Notes: generated by a model not told the origin, from the letters alone. 64,000 bases of DNA from Octopus vulgaris (GCA_951406725.2 OX597821.1:36146001-36210000); one strand, 5' to 3'; positions 30,161 to 45,234 are shown, counted from the first letter of the stretch. Made by a program: numbers and translations.

Positions 30161-30492
30161 TAATAATAATAATAATATTATTAATAATAATAAATGCAGT
30201 GGCTCTCATGGCTTTTGATCTTAACTAATTGGACAGGTTATCATGTACATTGTTTTGTCTTGGTATAAAAGATGGGCTGCAGCAAATATTCTGCACAATA
30301 CCACAGATTTGCTTGTCAGGTGCTTGACCTTAACCTATTGAGTATGTCCCTTAGTGGCTGACAGTATGTGCATCTCTGATCACGAGCAGAAGTATTATTT
30401 GGGGTTTGAATAATTTACCTGTGGAAACATAGATGTTTCTTCATCGTCCTGAAACAGATATACATTTTGAGCACGATGGGCTACTCAACCTG

Positions 30493-30735
30493 AAATTGTC
30501 AATAACCATTATAATTTATGCGTCTCGAAACAAGCCGATAGAAATTTCTAAGTGATTGCCTTTTCCATGGGTATGAGTAAGTATTTCATTTATGTCTTAC
30601 GTATTTATCGATGAAGAGGGGAAATTTCTTATGAATTAACTCCGAAACTGGGACCAATACGGTAATAACGGATTTTTTAAAAATTTCTATCGGCTTGTTT
30701 CGAGACGCATAAATTATAATGGTTATTGACAATTT
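30493..30735. repeat. Perfect 55-bp inverted repeat around a degenerate hammerhead-like motif (probable Penelope pLTR relic)
   Basis: 30493-30547 is the exact reverse complement of 30681-30735. The spacer contains TGAAGAGGGG...CTCCGAAACTGG. Confidence 0.7.
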
Positions 30736-30978
30736 TGTCTTTTTTTCGGCATATTTGGCATTAGAATTTTTCTTTTGCCCTTATTGTATAAGTTATTTAT
30801 AAATTTAACCTTTAAAGGTATTTTTTGATGTACTGGCCATTGATAAAATTTTTTTTCGAAAAAAATTTTATCCTACATCAGTTGTATATATATATATATA
30901 TGTATGTATGTGGCCGCGTGTGTACCGTTGGCGATTTTTTCCTCCGTCTTCCCTTCTTTGAATCTTTCCTTTTCCTAT

Positions 30979-31013
30979 GTTTCTGACGAAGAGCTCCGCT
31001 CGAAATGTTAAAC
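30979..31013 (+). ncRNA. Minimal type I hammerhead-like motif within a repeat
   Basis: GTTT-CTGACGA-A-GAGC-tcc-GCTC-GAAAT-GTT-AAAC: stem I GTTT/AAAC, stem II GAGC/GCTC, and the core with GAAAT replacing GAAAC. Confidence 0.55.
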
Positions 31014-31087
31014 CTTCCTTCTTTCCTTCCTTCCTGAGCGTCCAATAACACTATATTTGTTCTCTTTGTGTTTTCATGTTTGGATTA

Positions 31088-31125
<38 letters not shown>

Positions 31126-31626
31126 TCGGATCAGCAGAAAATTTCACAAGCAGAAGCGTTCACTGGTTAAACACGAGAGACTTCCAACCGGATTTTGAAA
31201 TATATTTTTGAATTATATAAAATTGTAATAGTACTTTAAACGTAAAACAGTTTGTCCTTGTTTTCACTTCTCCTTACAACCTCTAAAAAGAATCTGAGTC
31301 GTCATCTTTGCTTGACAGAAAGCAACTCGAGTACTTCAAACCATGGAATGACACAAAATGTTGTTTCCATAAATTGAAAAGGTCATTGTATAATTTCCTT
31401 AAAGCAGATCCACCCGAGAGGTATTCACAACAGCAACTTTTTGACAGAGTATTTTTATTTTCTCAGATTAAGCTACAACTTTCTAAGTTTTAATTTCGTA
31501 TTCTTGATCAGTTTCGTAAACTCCATTGATAATTGCCAGGATCCTGATCTTTTTTTTTTTGTTGTCTTTTTGGTTTCAGCACTTTCCAGGCAGTAAAATA
31601 CTTTACTTTTAATCTTTTCCCTTTTC

Positions 31627-31703
<77 letters not shown>

Positions 31704-31722
31704 TTTTGTTGTTGTTGTTGTT
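31627..31722. repeat. (TAG)n + (TTG)n microsatellite
   Basis: Seen directly. Confidence 0.95.
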
Positions 31723-32867
31723 GCTTGTTGCTTGTGTGTGTGTGTGCGTGTTTGTGTGTTTGTGCATGTGTAAGTATGTACACGCCAAAGAGATGAAACT
31801 CACAATATTCAACATGTTGCGCTCCTTTCGTTTTTTTTTTATGGCAAAGTTCAGCATTTTAAGCATTTTCTCACAAAGTGAGAACCTCTCGCAAAAATTG
31901 CAATCGAATTATGGCAATAACATTATCATATGTCTGTTTTATGTTTACTGTGAACTAACTGTGAGCAATCAAATATCGTTTCATCACACATCCTACATTG
32001 ATCCGGTTTATCTTCAATGCTTGTCTCTGTGCTGCTAATAATCAATCACTTCTCTCTCTTAAATATTCTTTTCTTTAACCAAGGCCAGCTATACTTGTCA
32101 TCCCTTATCTTGTTTATCCTTTTCAACGACAGAAATTAAGTTTCACTAATCTTTTCTAATCACATTTTCTTGATGATTTTCTTTTTCCTTTCTTTTTTTT
32201 TATCTTAGACTCTGCTAACTCTGCAAATAACTACATTGTGTATAATTTATTATTTTTTTTAATGGCCGTAAGTATGAAAGCCACATTGGTTTTAAGTTTG
32301 CAAACCTTTTGAAACAATTTTCGCATCTGCTATGCTTTTGTTTTCGAAGGTGGCAGAGCAACTGTTATAACAGCTATCCTCGCCTGTTGAACGTGGAACG
32401 CGCTTTATGCTTATCTTTTAAAATCTGCTTCGTATTACAGTGAATCAATTTCGTTTTTGCGTTCTGAGTTGAAATTTCACCGAAGTCGACTTTGCCTTTC
32501 ATGTTTTCGAGGTCGATAAAATAAGTATTAGTTGAGCACTGTGGTCGATGTAATCGATTAGATCCACTACAAATTGTGTCTTAAGCAGAAATGATTATTT
32601 CGATTTAATTTTCCAACATAGCTAAATTATTTTTAAACAAGGGAGTTTTGGTAGCAGATATATTTATAATATGTCCTACCTCATCTTGAAACAATTTCAG
32701 GTTTCACTCTTGCTTGCAAAGGCAACATTATAGCTACCTTAGGAGATAGCCACTCAGTTTCACCAGGCTTCAACAACGATAACGACAGCCCACTAAAATG
32801 CAACTACGACAATAACAACAAAATATCAATTAAGCTTCGTCATCATTTCCAACAACAATGGCGGCAT

Positions 32868-33030
32868 GGAGGCGCAGTGGCCCAGTGGTTAGGGCAGCGG
32901 ACTCGCGGTCGTAAGAACGCGGTTTCGATTCCTAGACCGGGCATTGTGAGTGTTTATTGAGCAAAAACACCTAAGCTCCACGAGACTCGCTGTACTCTTT
33001 CACCACAACTTTCTCTCACTCTTTCTTCCT
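32868..33030 (+). mobile_element. tRNA-derived SINE, 5' part
   Basis: GGAGGCGCAGTGGCCCAGTGGTTAGGGCAGCGGACTCGCGG...TTCGATTCC with A/B boxes; same head as the copy at 52155. Confidence 0.8.
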
Positions 33031-34329
33031 ACTTCTGCCACAAAGCAGAGTAACCATGGCGTAACCCACTATGGTGTAGTAAACTTGCAGAATCCCAGGA
33101 TGGTTCAGCTCTCCACCGTTTACGGAATGAGGATAACAACGTAACTTTCGCGTCCGTGCAACCGCCAGTCTATCTTCAAGTTGCCACACGCATTCTTAGT
33201 AGCTTAGAGTAGGCCCGAATTAGAGATTATTCTTTGTGGCTAATGATTGGAAGAAGAACAACAAGAACAACAGCGCCGACGATAACGACATAGCGACAAA
33301 GCCACAATTCGGTATCTTACGGACCAGAACGGAGTGCGTCCTCGTCCTGGTCTGTCAAAGATTTTTTTTTTTTTTTTCTAGTTTCAGCTCAGAGCTGCGG
33401 CCATGCTGATGCACCGCCGTTTATACAGATATACAGTTTTCGTCGTTGTTGAGCTCGGAATTTATTGAAAGGTGGGTAAAAGTTGTAAGAAAGGCTAGGA
33501 CGGGTGGCACCACGGTAAGAACAGACCTGTGAATAGGAGAAAAGAAATTAGAGCAGGTATTTCCCCTTGGTGTTCAGAACGATCTTGGTTAATGGGTTTC
33601 CTCGATTGGCCCTAGAGTTCTTCCTGTATCAAGATTACACTACAATCAAGCGTACTTTTCAACTGATGTATACTATATAATATATATATATATATATATA
33701 TACTTCATTTCTTTTGTTTATATTGTATAGCGCTTATATTTTTTCATACCATTTTATGTAAATCTCACACTTTAAGTCCATTTTTGTATCGTCCTCCTCA
33801 CTTGTCACAAATAAAAGAGGCAAATAAAAGAAATCAGTGGTGGTGGTGGTGGTGGTGGTGATGCTGCTGCTGCTGTTGCTGCTGCTGTTGCTGCTGCTGT
33901 TGCTGCTACTGTAGAATGTTATCCTATTAAGAAAACCGTCAAGCCTCTCCGGTGAGATTTGTTTCTTTATTTGGTTTCTTTTTCGATAAAATTAGATTTA
34001 TTAGGGGAATTCTTTGCATTGTCCTTACATAAAAAAAAAACAATCAGAGGAAACACGTTTATTATTCGCTAATTTATTCTAGCATCATACGAAAAGTTCC
34101 CTTACAACAACATAACAATTACTGTGACGATTGAAGGAGGGTGGTCTCAAGAGAAGGGAATAAATATTCTGAGGCGGGGGAAAATAAAAGAAACTGACAT
34201 TTGTTGCTGTCTTTTAGAGTAGGAAATATCTTTAGTAATTACTACGACAACACATAAATAATGTCAATACCAATAAATAAATATGCTAACGTTGAACTCA
34301 CTTTAGGAGATGGCTGAAATTATTAACCG

Positions 34330-34486
34330 AGTGGCTATGTGGTAAGTAGCTTGCTTACGAACCACATGGTTCCGGGTTCAGTCCCACTTCGTGGCACATT
34401 GGGCAAGTGTCTTCTACTATAGCCTCGGACCTTCCAAAGCCTTGTGAGTGGATTTGGTAGACGGAAACTGAAAGAAGCTCGTCGTA

Positions 34487-34542
<56 letters not shown>

Positions 34543-34962
34543 TGTATGTGTATGTGTATATGTTTGTGTGTCTGTGTTTGCCCCCCACCACCACCACCAC
34601 CACAACATCGCTCGACAACCGATGCGGTTCGGCAAAAGAGACTGATAGAATAAGTACTAGGCTTACAAAGAATAAGTCCTAGGGTCGATTTGCTCGACTA
34701 AAAAGGTGGTGTTCCAGCACGGCCACAGTCAAATGACTGAAACAAGTAAAAGAGTAAAAGAGTAAAAGAGAGTAACAAATACAGCAGTAGGCGCAGGGGT
34801 GGCTGTGTGGTAAGTAGCTTGCTAACCAACCACATGGTTCCGGGTTCAGTCCCACTGCGTGGCATCTTGGGCAAGTGTCTTCTGCTATAGCCCCGGGCTG
34901 ACCAATGCCTTGTGAGTGGATTTGGTAGACGGAAACTGAAAGAAGCTTGTCGTATATATATG

Positions 34963-34993
<31 letters not shown>

Positions 34994-35210
34994 TTGTGTG
35001 TCTGTGTTTGTCCCCCTAGCATTGCTTGACAACCGATGCTGGTGTGTTTACGTTCCCGTCACAGCGGTTCGGCAAAAGAGATCGATAGAATAAGTACTGG
35101 GCTTACAAAGAATAAGTCCCGGGGTCGATTTGCTCGACTAAAGGCGGTGCTCCAGCATGGCCGCAGTCAAATGACTGAAACAAGTAAAAGAGTAAAAGAG
35201 TAAAGAGTAA
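34330..35210 (+). mobile_element. Two tandem copies of a tRNA-headed SINE with an internal (TA)n/(TG)n tract and an (AAGAGTA)n tail
   Basis: Head GTGGCTGTGTGGTAAGTAGCTTGCT...GGTTCAGTCCC at 34330 and 34797. Tail GGCGGTGCTCCAGCATGGCCGCAGTCAAATGACTGAAACAAGTAAAAGAGTAAAAG. Confidence 0.88.
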
Positions 35211-35534
35211 TCCGAACAACAACAACGATAATAATGCTGTCAACAACAGCAACGACGACAAAAGACATACTGTCAACAACTACAACAACAATAGCAAAGT
35301 AAATAACAACAACAATACTTTCGAAGACAACAATGACAGCCGTTATGCTGTCGGAATCATCAATAGCATTGATATTGTCAGTAACAACAATAACAGCAAT
35401 TGTATTGTCAATGAGAACACTGACAAGTTATAATACTTTCAAAAGAACAACGATAGCAATAATACAGTCAACGGTAACAACAGTGAAAGCAATTCTATTG
35501 TCAACATGAACAATTGTGTAGTCAACAGCAATAG

Positions 35535-35683
35535 GGATCTTTTCCTTTTGAACGGCAGTTTTCAACACAATTTCTAGTTAACGAAACACTTTTAAACTTC
35601 GTATACTGATAGAATGTGTCAAAATAAAACATTTTTTTTTCTCTTGGCTTTCTTGAGAAAATTGTAATTTGTAAGTTCAACGT
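35535..35683 (+). mobile_element. Partial copy (left end) of the Merlin-like MITE at 4211
   Basis: Near-identical to 4211-4357, including the TIR. Confidence 0.85.
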
Positions 35684-35717
35684 CTAAGAAATGAAATTTA
35701 AACTTTTATTTATTGAA

Positions 35718-35756
<39 letters not shown>

Positions 35757-35957
35757 ATTTAGCAGCAGATCTAATCTAGTTGAGATATGATCAAAGATAT
35801 TCTGATCAGACTACCGTAGTCTTTTCTAGATAGTTTATTTGAGGCTACGTCACCCAATGTCTTCCATATTTGTTCAAGAGGACATAATGTGATTAAGAGA
35901 GAAACGTTTATTTCAATAAGGTAGAAAGATTTCCTCATCTAACATTCTTGTTGTATA

Positions 35958-36720
35958 AGGCGGCGAGCTGGCAGAAGCGTTAGCACGCCGGGCGAAATGC
36001 GTAGCCATATTTCGTCTGCCGTTACGTTCTGAGTTCAAATTCTGCCGAGGTCGACTTTGCCTTTCATCCTTTCGGAGTCGATAAATTAAGTACCAGTTAC
36101 GCACATGGGTCGGTGTAATCGACTTAATCCGTTTGTCAGTCCTTGTTTGTCCTCTCTGTTTTTAGCCCCTTGTGGATGGTAAAGAAATGAGTAGTTCGTC
36201 TGCTGCTACGTTCTGAATTCAAATTCCGCCGAGGTCGACTTCGCCTTTCATCCCTTCGGGGTCGATTAAATAAGTACCGGTTACGCACTGGGGTCGATAT
36301 AATCTGTCCTTGTTTGTCCGCTCTGTGTTTAGCCCCTTGTGGGTAGTAAAGAAATAGGTATTTCGTCTGCCGTTACGTTCTGAGTTCAAATTCCGCCGAG
36401 GTCGACTTTGCCTTTCATCCTTAAGTACCAGTTACGCACTGGGATCGATGTAATCGACTTAATCCCTTTGTCTGTCCTTATTTGTTCCCTCTATGTTTAG
36501 CTCCTTGTGGGCAATAAATAAATAAGAAACGTTATCACGCCGGGCGAAATGCTAAGCGATATATCGTCTGCCTTTACGTTCTGAGTTCAAATTCCGCCGA
36601 GGTCGGCTTTGACTTTCATTCTTTCGAGGTCAGTAAATTAAGTACCAGTTGCATAATGGGGTCAGTCTAATCGACTGCCCCCTTCCCCAAAATTTCAGGG
36701 CTAGTGCCTAGAGTAGAAAG
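35958..36720 (+). mobile_element. SINE multimer (four tandem core units)
   Basis: Unit TTCGTCTGCCGTTACGTTCTGAGTTCAAATTC...GGTCGACTTTGCCTTTCATCC recurs at about 36010, 36195, 36362 and 36563. Confidence 0.85.
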
Positions 36721-37459
36721 GAATATTCTTGTATCGTTGGAGGATATTTCCAGTGAGAGTAGTTAGTACTTGCCACAAAGTCAGCAGCAAGTGAACCTAT
36801 CACATGTAAATTCTCATTTGCAAATTATCAGTATGATTTCTAACACAAGATCGTTCATTCTGTGGGAAGATGTCTTCGATTAAATCAATCCAGTATTTGA
36901 TCATTAATTATTTTTTTTCAAATGCAGAAGGATGAAATGTCAAATTGTATTGTGATTTGAACTTAAAAACACAACTAATACATTTTGGTTGGCGTTTTAC
37001 CGATCCTGCCACCATCGTTCTTTGAAAGATTTTTTCTCCCCACTCCCTCCTTCCACCCACCATGAATGAATTGTAGAAGGAAGGGCAGCACTTTTTACCT
37101 TTGTAGGGTTTCTGTTACTGGTAGAAAAGAAATGTATACTCAGACCGAAAATCTGGTCAGTATGCTTGCAACGGAACAGACTCACTTGTTAGATGTGATA
37201 ACTAAGCGGTTCTTGAAATGTGATAAATAAACACCAAACAGCAAATATCATTTATTTTATAAACACATATATTTTTATTCAAGTAAAATTTAATTAACAT
37301 TTTGGAGCATATCCCATTTCTTCGGTGAAGTTCCTTCAAAAATGTTCAATAAGCCTGGAACACTAATTATTTTAAAATCATTTTCTAAACTCACATCTTG
37401 TATAAAATACAGTAGGAAGGCGAGTTGGCAGAAACGTTAACGCATCGGCCGGTACCTCG

Positions 37460-37980
37460 TCTTGTCTTGTTACGGTACTCACCTGGAAGGAGTTAAGCCG
37501 GCTCCTATTGAGTTCACTGCGCCACGGGCTCAAAGCGGTCCACGCACATCAGTCAAGAGCCGATTCTGCCACATGTTGAAGCCATTCCCTGTTGCAGCGA
37601 CGAACGCCCAAGACTCGAGGGCCGGAAACAAGTTCCTTATCTGCTTTGACAGTCATGACCCACACCTTCAGCTGACCACCTCTCTGCTTACACGAACCCA
37701 GGGTAGGATCTGATGCTATCGCCTTACAGACGAGTTTGTCATGGGAGCGGCGCAACACGTTGCCCCATGACAAACTCATTTGGAAGATTGCTCGTCAGAA
37801 GAGTTCCCTCAAGAGGTGAGAAACCGCAGTGATAGTAGCTGTTACATTTACAAGGCGCTTGTCCGAACGGTTCTCTTCTGGTTGTGAGACCTGACCAATG
37901 CGTGTTGCTGATCCCCAGAAGCTGGAGGTCTTCGATCGCTTCTGTATTCGTCGTCTTCTCAGACTGCGTTTCGAACCCGC
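37460..37980 (+). mobile_element. RTE-clade LINE fragment
   Basis: IYKALVRTVL..GCET*PMRVADPQKLEVFDRFCIRRLL (about 37845-37965) is a typical post-RT RTE motif. The upstream boundary is approximate. Confidence 0.6.
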
Positions 37981-39240
37981 TAATTTACATTGGGCGGTAC
38001 CCGAAATTATCTAAATAGTCCTTTGTACTATACGAACAAAACCTGAAAATATGGGAGAGGAAGCTAGCTGATTACATCGCCTGTAGTTCTTTATCGACCT
38101 TAATGCATTATCGACCCCGAAAGGATGAAAAGTAAAGCCGACGACGGCGGAATTTGAACTCAGAAAGTAAAGACGGACGAAATATCGTTTAGCATTTTGT
38201 CTACTGTGTAACGAAATGTATATGTATATATGTATATGTATGTGTGTGAGTAAGTGTGTGTGTGTGTGTATGTGTGTGAAACCTAACATTCTACATTCCT
38301 CATATTTATACTTTCACAAACATCACATTCGAAAAATTTCCAACTACGCTATTTTTATATAAAATTTTATTATCTAATGTCTTTATATGCGAGGTAAATA
38401 AACTAATACTTTGAATATTCATAGCCTATCAAGTGAACATTCTCAACAAATTTCGTTTATTAACAATAGTGGTTATTTTTACAAGAAAACAAAAGGCACA
38501 GATTTTTACTTACTAATTAGATGGATTGTTTTTTTTTCTTTTTACAGTGGGGAGGAATATTTTTCTACTCTCATTAAAATATATACCATTGTTTTTTTGC
38601 AGTGCAAGTTGATCTGAACAGGTGGAAGCTTTTAGAAAACGCATGGGAAAAAAAACTGAAAAGCATTTTATTTCGCCAGAATTATAAGGTTCCAACTGGT
38701 CTAACAGGATACATGACCTTGAAAGGTTTTAGGAAACAAAATCAGTTTTTTTTCTTTTATGTTTTGTTTTTGTATCGTTCATTTTAGTTTCTATTGTTTT
38801 TCAGTTCCTATGTAATGTTTTAATGCTGATATTTTATTAATGAAGCTTCTAATTAATTATAACACCGCATTCATTTCAGATTTTATCAAACCAGAGCAAA
38901 AATTGTACATAAGTATATCAACGTGACAAGAGTGTCATGAGAAAAATAATAATAAATCTTAACTTTGTGTTTGTCTTCTAAAATTCATACTTATATATAT
39001 ATATATATATATATTACTCCTACACACATACTTTCCACACACACACATACACATGAGTGAGTATGTGTGTATGTGTGTTGTGCATGTGATAAAAAATGTG
39101 CGACTGAATTCTATGGTCCTTCGTTGAATTTTTTTTTTTTTCTGTGGAAAACATTAGAATGTTTAATATGCACTCACCTCAATGCGATATATATTTGCTT
39201 AGTACCAATTTTTATTTCCAGCCCTCTGTTTCTTCCAAAG

Positions 39241-41197
39241 TAGTTAGTTAGTTAGTTAGTTAATTTGGCTCAAAAGCAAATAGCAAGGCCATGTAGGGGG
39301 ACATGGAGTTAAGTAAAGGGTGGTGTTCATGTAAAGAGTTCAGGCCACTTGAGGTCCAGGGAGGCTTTGAACAAAGCGGTCGTCGGCATCTTCACCATCT
39401 CGTCTGGCAGCTTGTTCCACGGATCCGCAACCCGGACGGAGAAAGCTCCTCTCCTTCGATTGAGATGAAATCGTCGCAGGTAGAGCTTTTCGGAATGACC
39501 CCGCAGCCGACGCTCTGGAGCAGGAGTGAAGAACAGCTCTTTCGAGAGGTTACACTTTCCGCTTATGATGTTGTGGGCGAGAATGAGATCACTACGGCGG
39601 CGGCGTTTTTCAAGAGAATAAAGGTCGAGCGTCCTCAGCCTTTCTTCGTAGGACAAATTTTTGAGACCATGAACCATGCGGGTAGCCAGCTTCTGGACTC
39701 TTTCGAGATGCTGTATGTCTTTGAGGAGATAAGGAGAAGAGGCTTGAATCCCATACTCCAATATGGGTCTCACCAGCGTGACATAGAGTGGTAGGAATAT
39801 GGCTGCTGTGAGCATTCCGAATGACCGTCGAATCAAGAACAGAATTCCGCGTGCTTTGTTGGCAGCATGGACGCACTGGGCCGAAGGCGAAAAGGAGGAA
39901 TCCACCAAGATACCTAGGTCCTTTACCTGATCGGTCCTCTCCAGCAGCAGACGACCCGGCTCGAAATCAAGTTGAGTTGCAGGAGTAGAGCCGACAGGCA
40001 GATGACAGCACTTTGACACGTTCAGACACAGGTCCCAATCGTTAGACCACTTCCAAATTTGGTGGAGGCATCAACGAAGATCCTCTATATTACCGCGAGG
40101 AGCGACCAGTTTGATATCGTCGGCAAATAGAAGGGTGTGTTGCGTGAGGTCGTCGGGCAAGTCATTTATGAAGACTAAGAACAACAAGGGCCCAAGCACT
40201 GAACCTTGAGGCACGCCACTGCTCGCACTGGAGACGTCGGACCGCGAACCATTAACTTGGACTTGGAAGGAGCGATCTGAGAGGAAGGCACCAACCCATC
40301 GTACAATATCCGGATGGAAACTATATGCTTGAAGCTTGACAAGTAATAGGCGGTGGTTTACCGAGTCAAAAGCTTTGGCAAAGTCCAGTAAAATGATGTC
40401 AACAGCATCACTATCATCGAGGATGCGCGTCACCAATTCTTCCATTACTAGTAAGTTGGTCAAGCATGATCTCTTCGGCACGAAGCCGTGTTGGGAATCA
40501 GAGATAGAGGCTGTGTTTAGGAGGTGGAGCATCATACTTTTCTTAATGATGGTTTCGAACATCTTGCTGATTATTGATGTAAGGGAAACCGGTCGTTAGT
40601 TAAGCGGGTCTTCGCGGCTCCCTTTCTTGAAAATTGGGCAGATTATCGCTGTTCTCCAGTCTGCAGGTATAACACCCGTCGCCAATGACATATTGAATAG
40701 TCGTGTTAAGGGCTCGCAGATGACCGGAGCCAACGCTTTGATAACCCGTGGGTGTATGCCGTCAGGGCCGTGACCCTTGTTGACATCGAGGCCTTGAATA
40801 ACACGTTTGACTTCGTCCCGCGTGATGACCAATCGAAGCATTGGAGGTACCGATCTATCAAATGGAGGGGGTTCACGACCATCATCTTGTTTGAAAATAG
40901 TTGCAAAAGCCTCGGCAAATAATTGACTCTGTTGATAAGGGTCCTCAATCGATACGCCTGTTGAGTCTACCAACGTTGCAATCTGGTTGTTCAAGCGGGA
41001 ATTCCGCTGGACATGGGCAAAGAAGGTTTTTGGATTGCTACTGGCATTTGCCGCGATTTTGTATTCATAACTGAAGCGTTCTTTCTTTTCGATTTTCACG
41101 GCTCGGTCTCGTTGAGTTTTGTACACCTCAAAAGCTGCAGTCGAATCCAGATTTTTGAATTCAGCCCAATAAATATCTCTGAGTCGACGTTGAATCA
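39241..41197 (-). mobile_element. 5'-truncated CR1-group LINE
   Basis: RT motifs [49 protein letters not shown] and CR1-type YEERL..LDLYSLEKRRRRSDLI. One stop (40596) and one frameshift (about 40070). (TAAC)n tail at 39241-39262. Confidence 0.93.
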
Positions 41198-41222
41198 TAT
41201 TACTATAGTTACGTACGTACAC

Positions 41223-41295
<73 letters not shown>

Positions 41296-41422
41296 TGTCT
41301 GGCTAAAGGATGGTTTTATAAGTGTAATAACTGTGAATATGAATTTGGAAAAAAGTATTCTCTACATGTGCGAAGTCAGAGTCTATTGAAAGTGTCTTCG
41401 AAGTTTCGTCAGGATATATTTA

Positions 41423-41618
41423 AGGCGAGCTGGCAGAATCATTAACACGCCGGGCAAAATGCTAAGCGGCATTTCGTCAAGCTACACGCTGAGTTCAAAT
41501 CCCGCTGAGGTTTACTTTGCCTTTCATCCTTTCGGGAATTTGTAAAATAAGTACTAGTTGAATGTAATGGATTTATCCCTTACCCTGAAATTGCAGGCTT
41601 TGTACCAAACTTTGAAAC

Positions 41619-41620
<2 letters not shown>
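41423..41620 (+). mobile_element. SINE (TTTCATCC core family)
   Basis: Head GGCGAGCTGGCAGAATC and the core are present. Confidence 0.8.
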
Positions 41621-41654
<34 letters not shown>

Positions 41655-42232
41655 TAGAGAAATAACCACTATTATGCAATACAAACAATGATAGACAAAC
41701 CAAATCATAAATAAAAAATAAAATATATTTTTATAAAACATATAACTAGATCACAAAAAGTATAAAAATGAATAATCAATATATAATAAGTATAAAAAAA
41801 CTACGTATGTTTCATGGCTATAATTAAATTCGAATTACAATTATATAGATATCTTTCAAAAATATTTATGAAATAAAAGATAAGAATTGAAAAATTCCAA
41901 AGTAAAAACGTATAATTTATCTTTATAAAATACTTATTATTACTATTCTTATTAAATGCAATAGTACTAGAAATATAATAAGACTATAAATATAATAAGA
42001 AACTTATAGTTAAATTAAAACATTTTTACGATCTAGATCCCAAAGTGACTAACTAATATTTTTAAATTTGCGTTCAGATATAATAATTATAAAATAATAA
42101 TAATTAAATAAATGTGCATATCTAAATTATCATTAACAAATAAGAAATTATAAATACATATTTAACAATCAATACTTATATAGAGTACAATAATATTACT
42201 TAAATAAAAATATGCAATTGTTTACATATATG

Positions 42233-42282
<50 letters not shown>

Positions 42283-42509
42283 TATATATAACAATTGCAG
42301 CGTGGTAGGTGTCTATAATCCGTTTAAAAACACAAAGATTAGATTCACTTCAAAATTTTAATTTAATTTGTGTCAAAATATTTTCGCTGCTTTGGAACTG
42401 CAAAACTTCGTGCATATATATATATATAAAATTAAAATCATGGTTGAGACTCATGCGGATCTCTCTTTAGCGTAAGGGCGTCCACATAGTGGATTCTCTC
42501 TCATATTTG

Positions 42510-42546
<37 letters not shown>

Positions 42547-42610
42547 ATATTATATATGTATCATATATATATATTATATATGTATTATATATATATATAT
42601 ATTATATATG

Positions 42611-44377
<1,767 letters not shown>

Positions 44378-44826
44378 CTCTTTTATTTGTTTCAGTAAGT
44401 TGACTGCGGCCATGCTGGAGCACCGCCTTTAGTCGAGCAAATCGACCCCGGGACTTATTCTTTGTAAGCCCAGTACTTATTCTATCGGTCTATTTTGCCA
44501 AACCGCTAAGTGACGGGGACGTAAACACACCAGCATCGGTTGTCAAGCAATGCTAGGGGGGCAAACACAGACACACAAACACACACACATACATACATAT
44601 ATATACATATATACGACAGGCTTTCAAATCCACTCACANNNNNNNNNNNNNNNNNNNNNNNNNNNNNNNNNNNNNNNNNNNNNNNNNNNNNNNNNNNNNN
44701 NNNNNNNNNNNNNNNNNNNNNNNNNNNNNNNNNNNNNNTTTCAAATCCACTCACAAGGCATTGGTCGGCCCGGTGCTATAGCAGAAGACACTTGCCCAAA
44801 ATGCCCCGCAGCCACTCCTGCGCCTA
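44378..44826 (-). mobile_element. tRNA-headed SINE spanning the assembly gap
   Basis: Reverse complement of the 34790 family. Confidence 0.85.
44639..44738. other. Assembly gap (100 N)
   Basis: N run. TTTCAAATCCACTCACA occurs on both sides, suggesting overlapping contig ends. Confidence 0.99.
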
Positions 44827-44924
<98 letters not shown>

Positions 44925-45192
44925 TATATATATATTATATATATATATACTTACATACATACATACATGTGTGTGTGTGTGTGCATGTTTGTCCTCCAAC
45001 GCCGCTTGACAACCACTGTAGGTGTGTTTACTGCCCCCGTAACTTAGCGTTTAGGCAATAAAAATCAATAGAATAAGTTCCAAGCTTGAAAAAACAATAA
45101 GTACTAGGATTGGATTCATTCGAATAAAAATTTCTTCAAGGCGGTGCTCCAGCATGGCTGCAATCTGATGACTGTAATAAGTAAAAGATAAA

Positions 45193-45234
<42 letters not shown>

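Noticed and set aside
32868-32940. tRNA-like sequences (also 52155, 34797, 53345-53417, 48410-48480)
   Set aside because: They are SINE heads or decayed derivatives continuing into repeat bodies, with no complete cloverleaf.
35217-35530. Degenerate AAC-rich periodic tract resembling an Asn-rich exon
   Set aside because: No sustained ORF or splice context; a decayed microsatellite/minisatellite.
41650-42240. Extremely AT-rich 600-bp block
   Set aside because: No ORF or clear structure; probably a repeat remnant that cannot be classified by eye.
44622-44756. Direct repeat flanking the N run
   Set aside because: Most simply an overlap of contig ends within a SINE, not a biological duplication.
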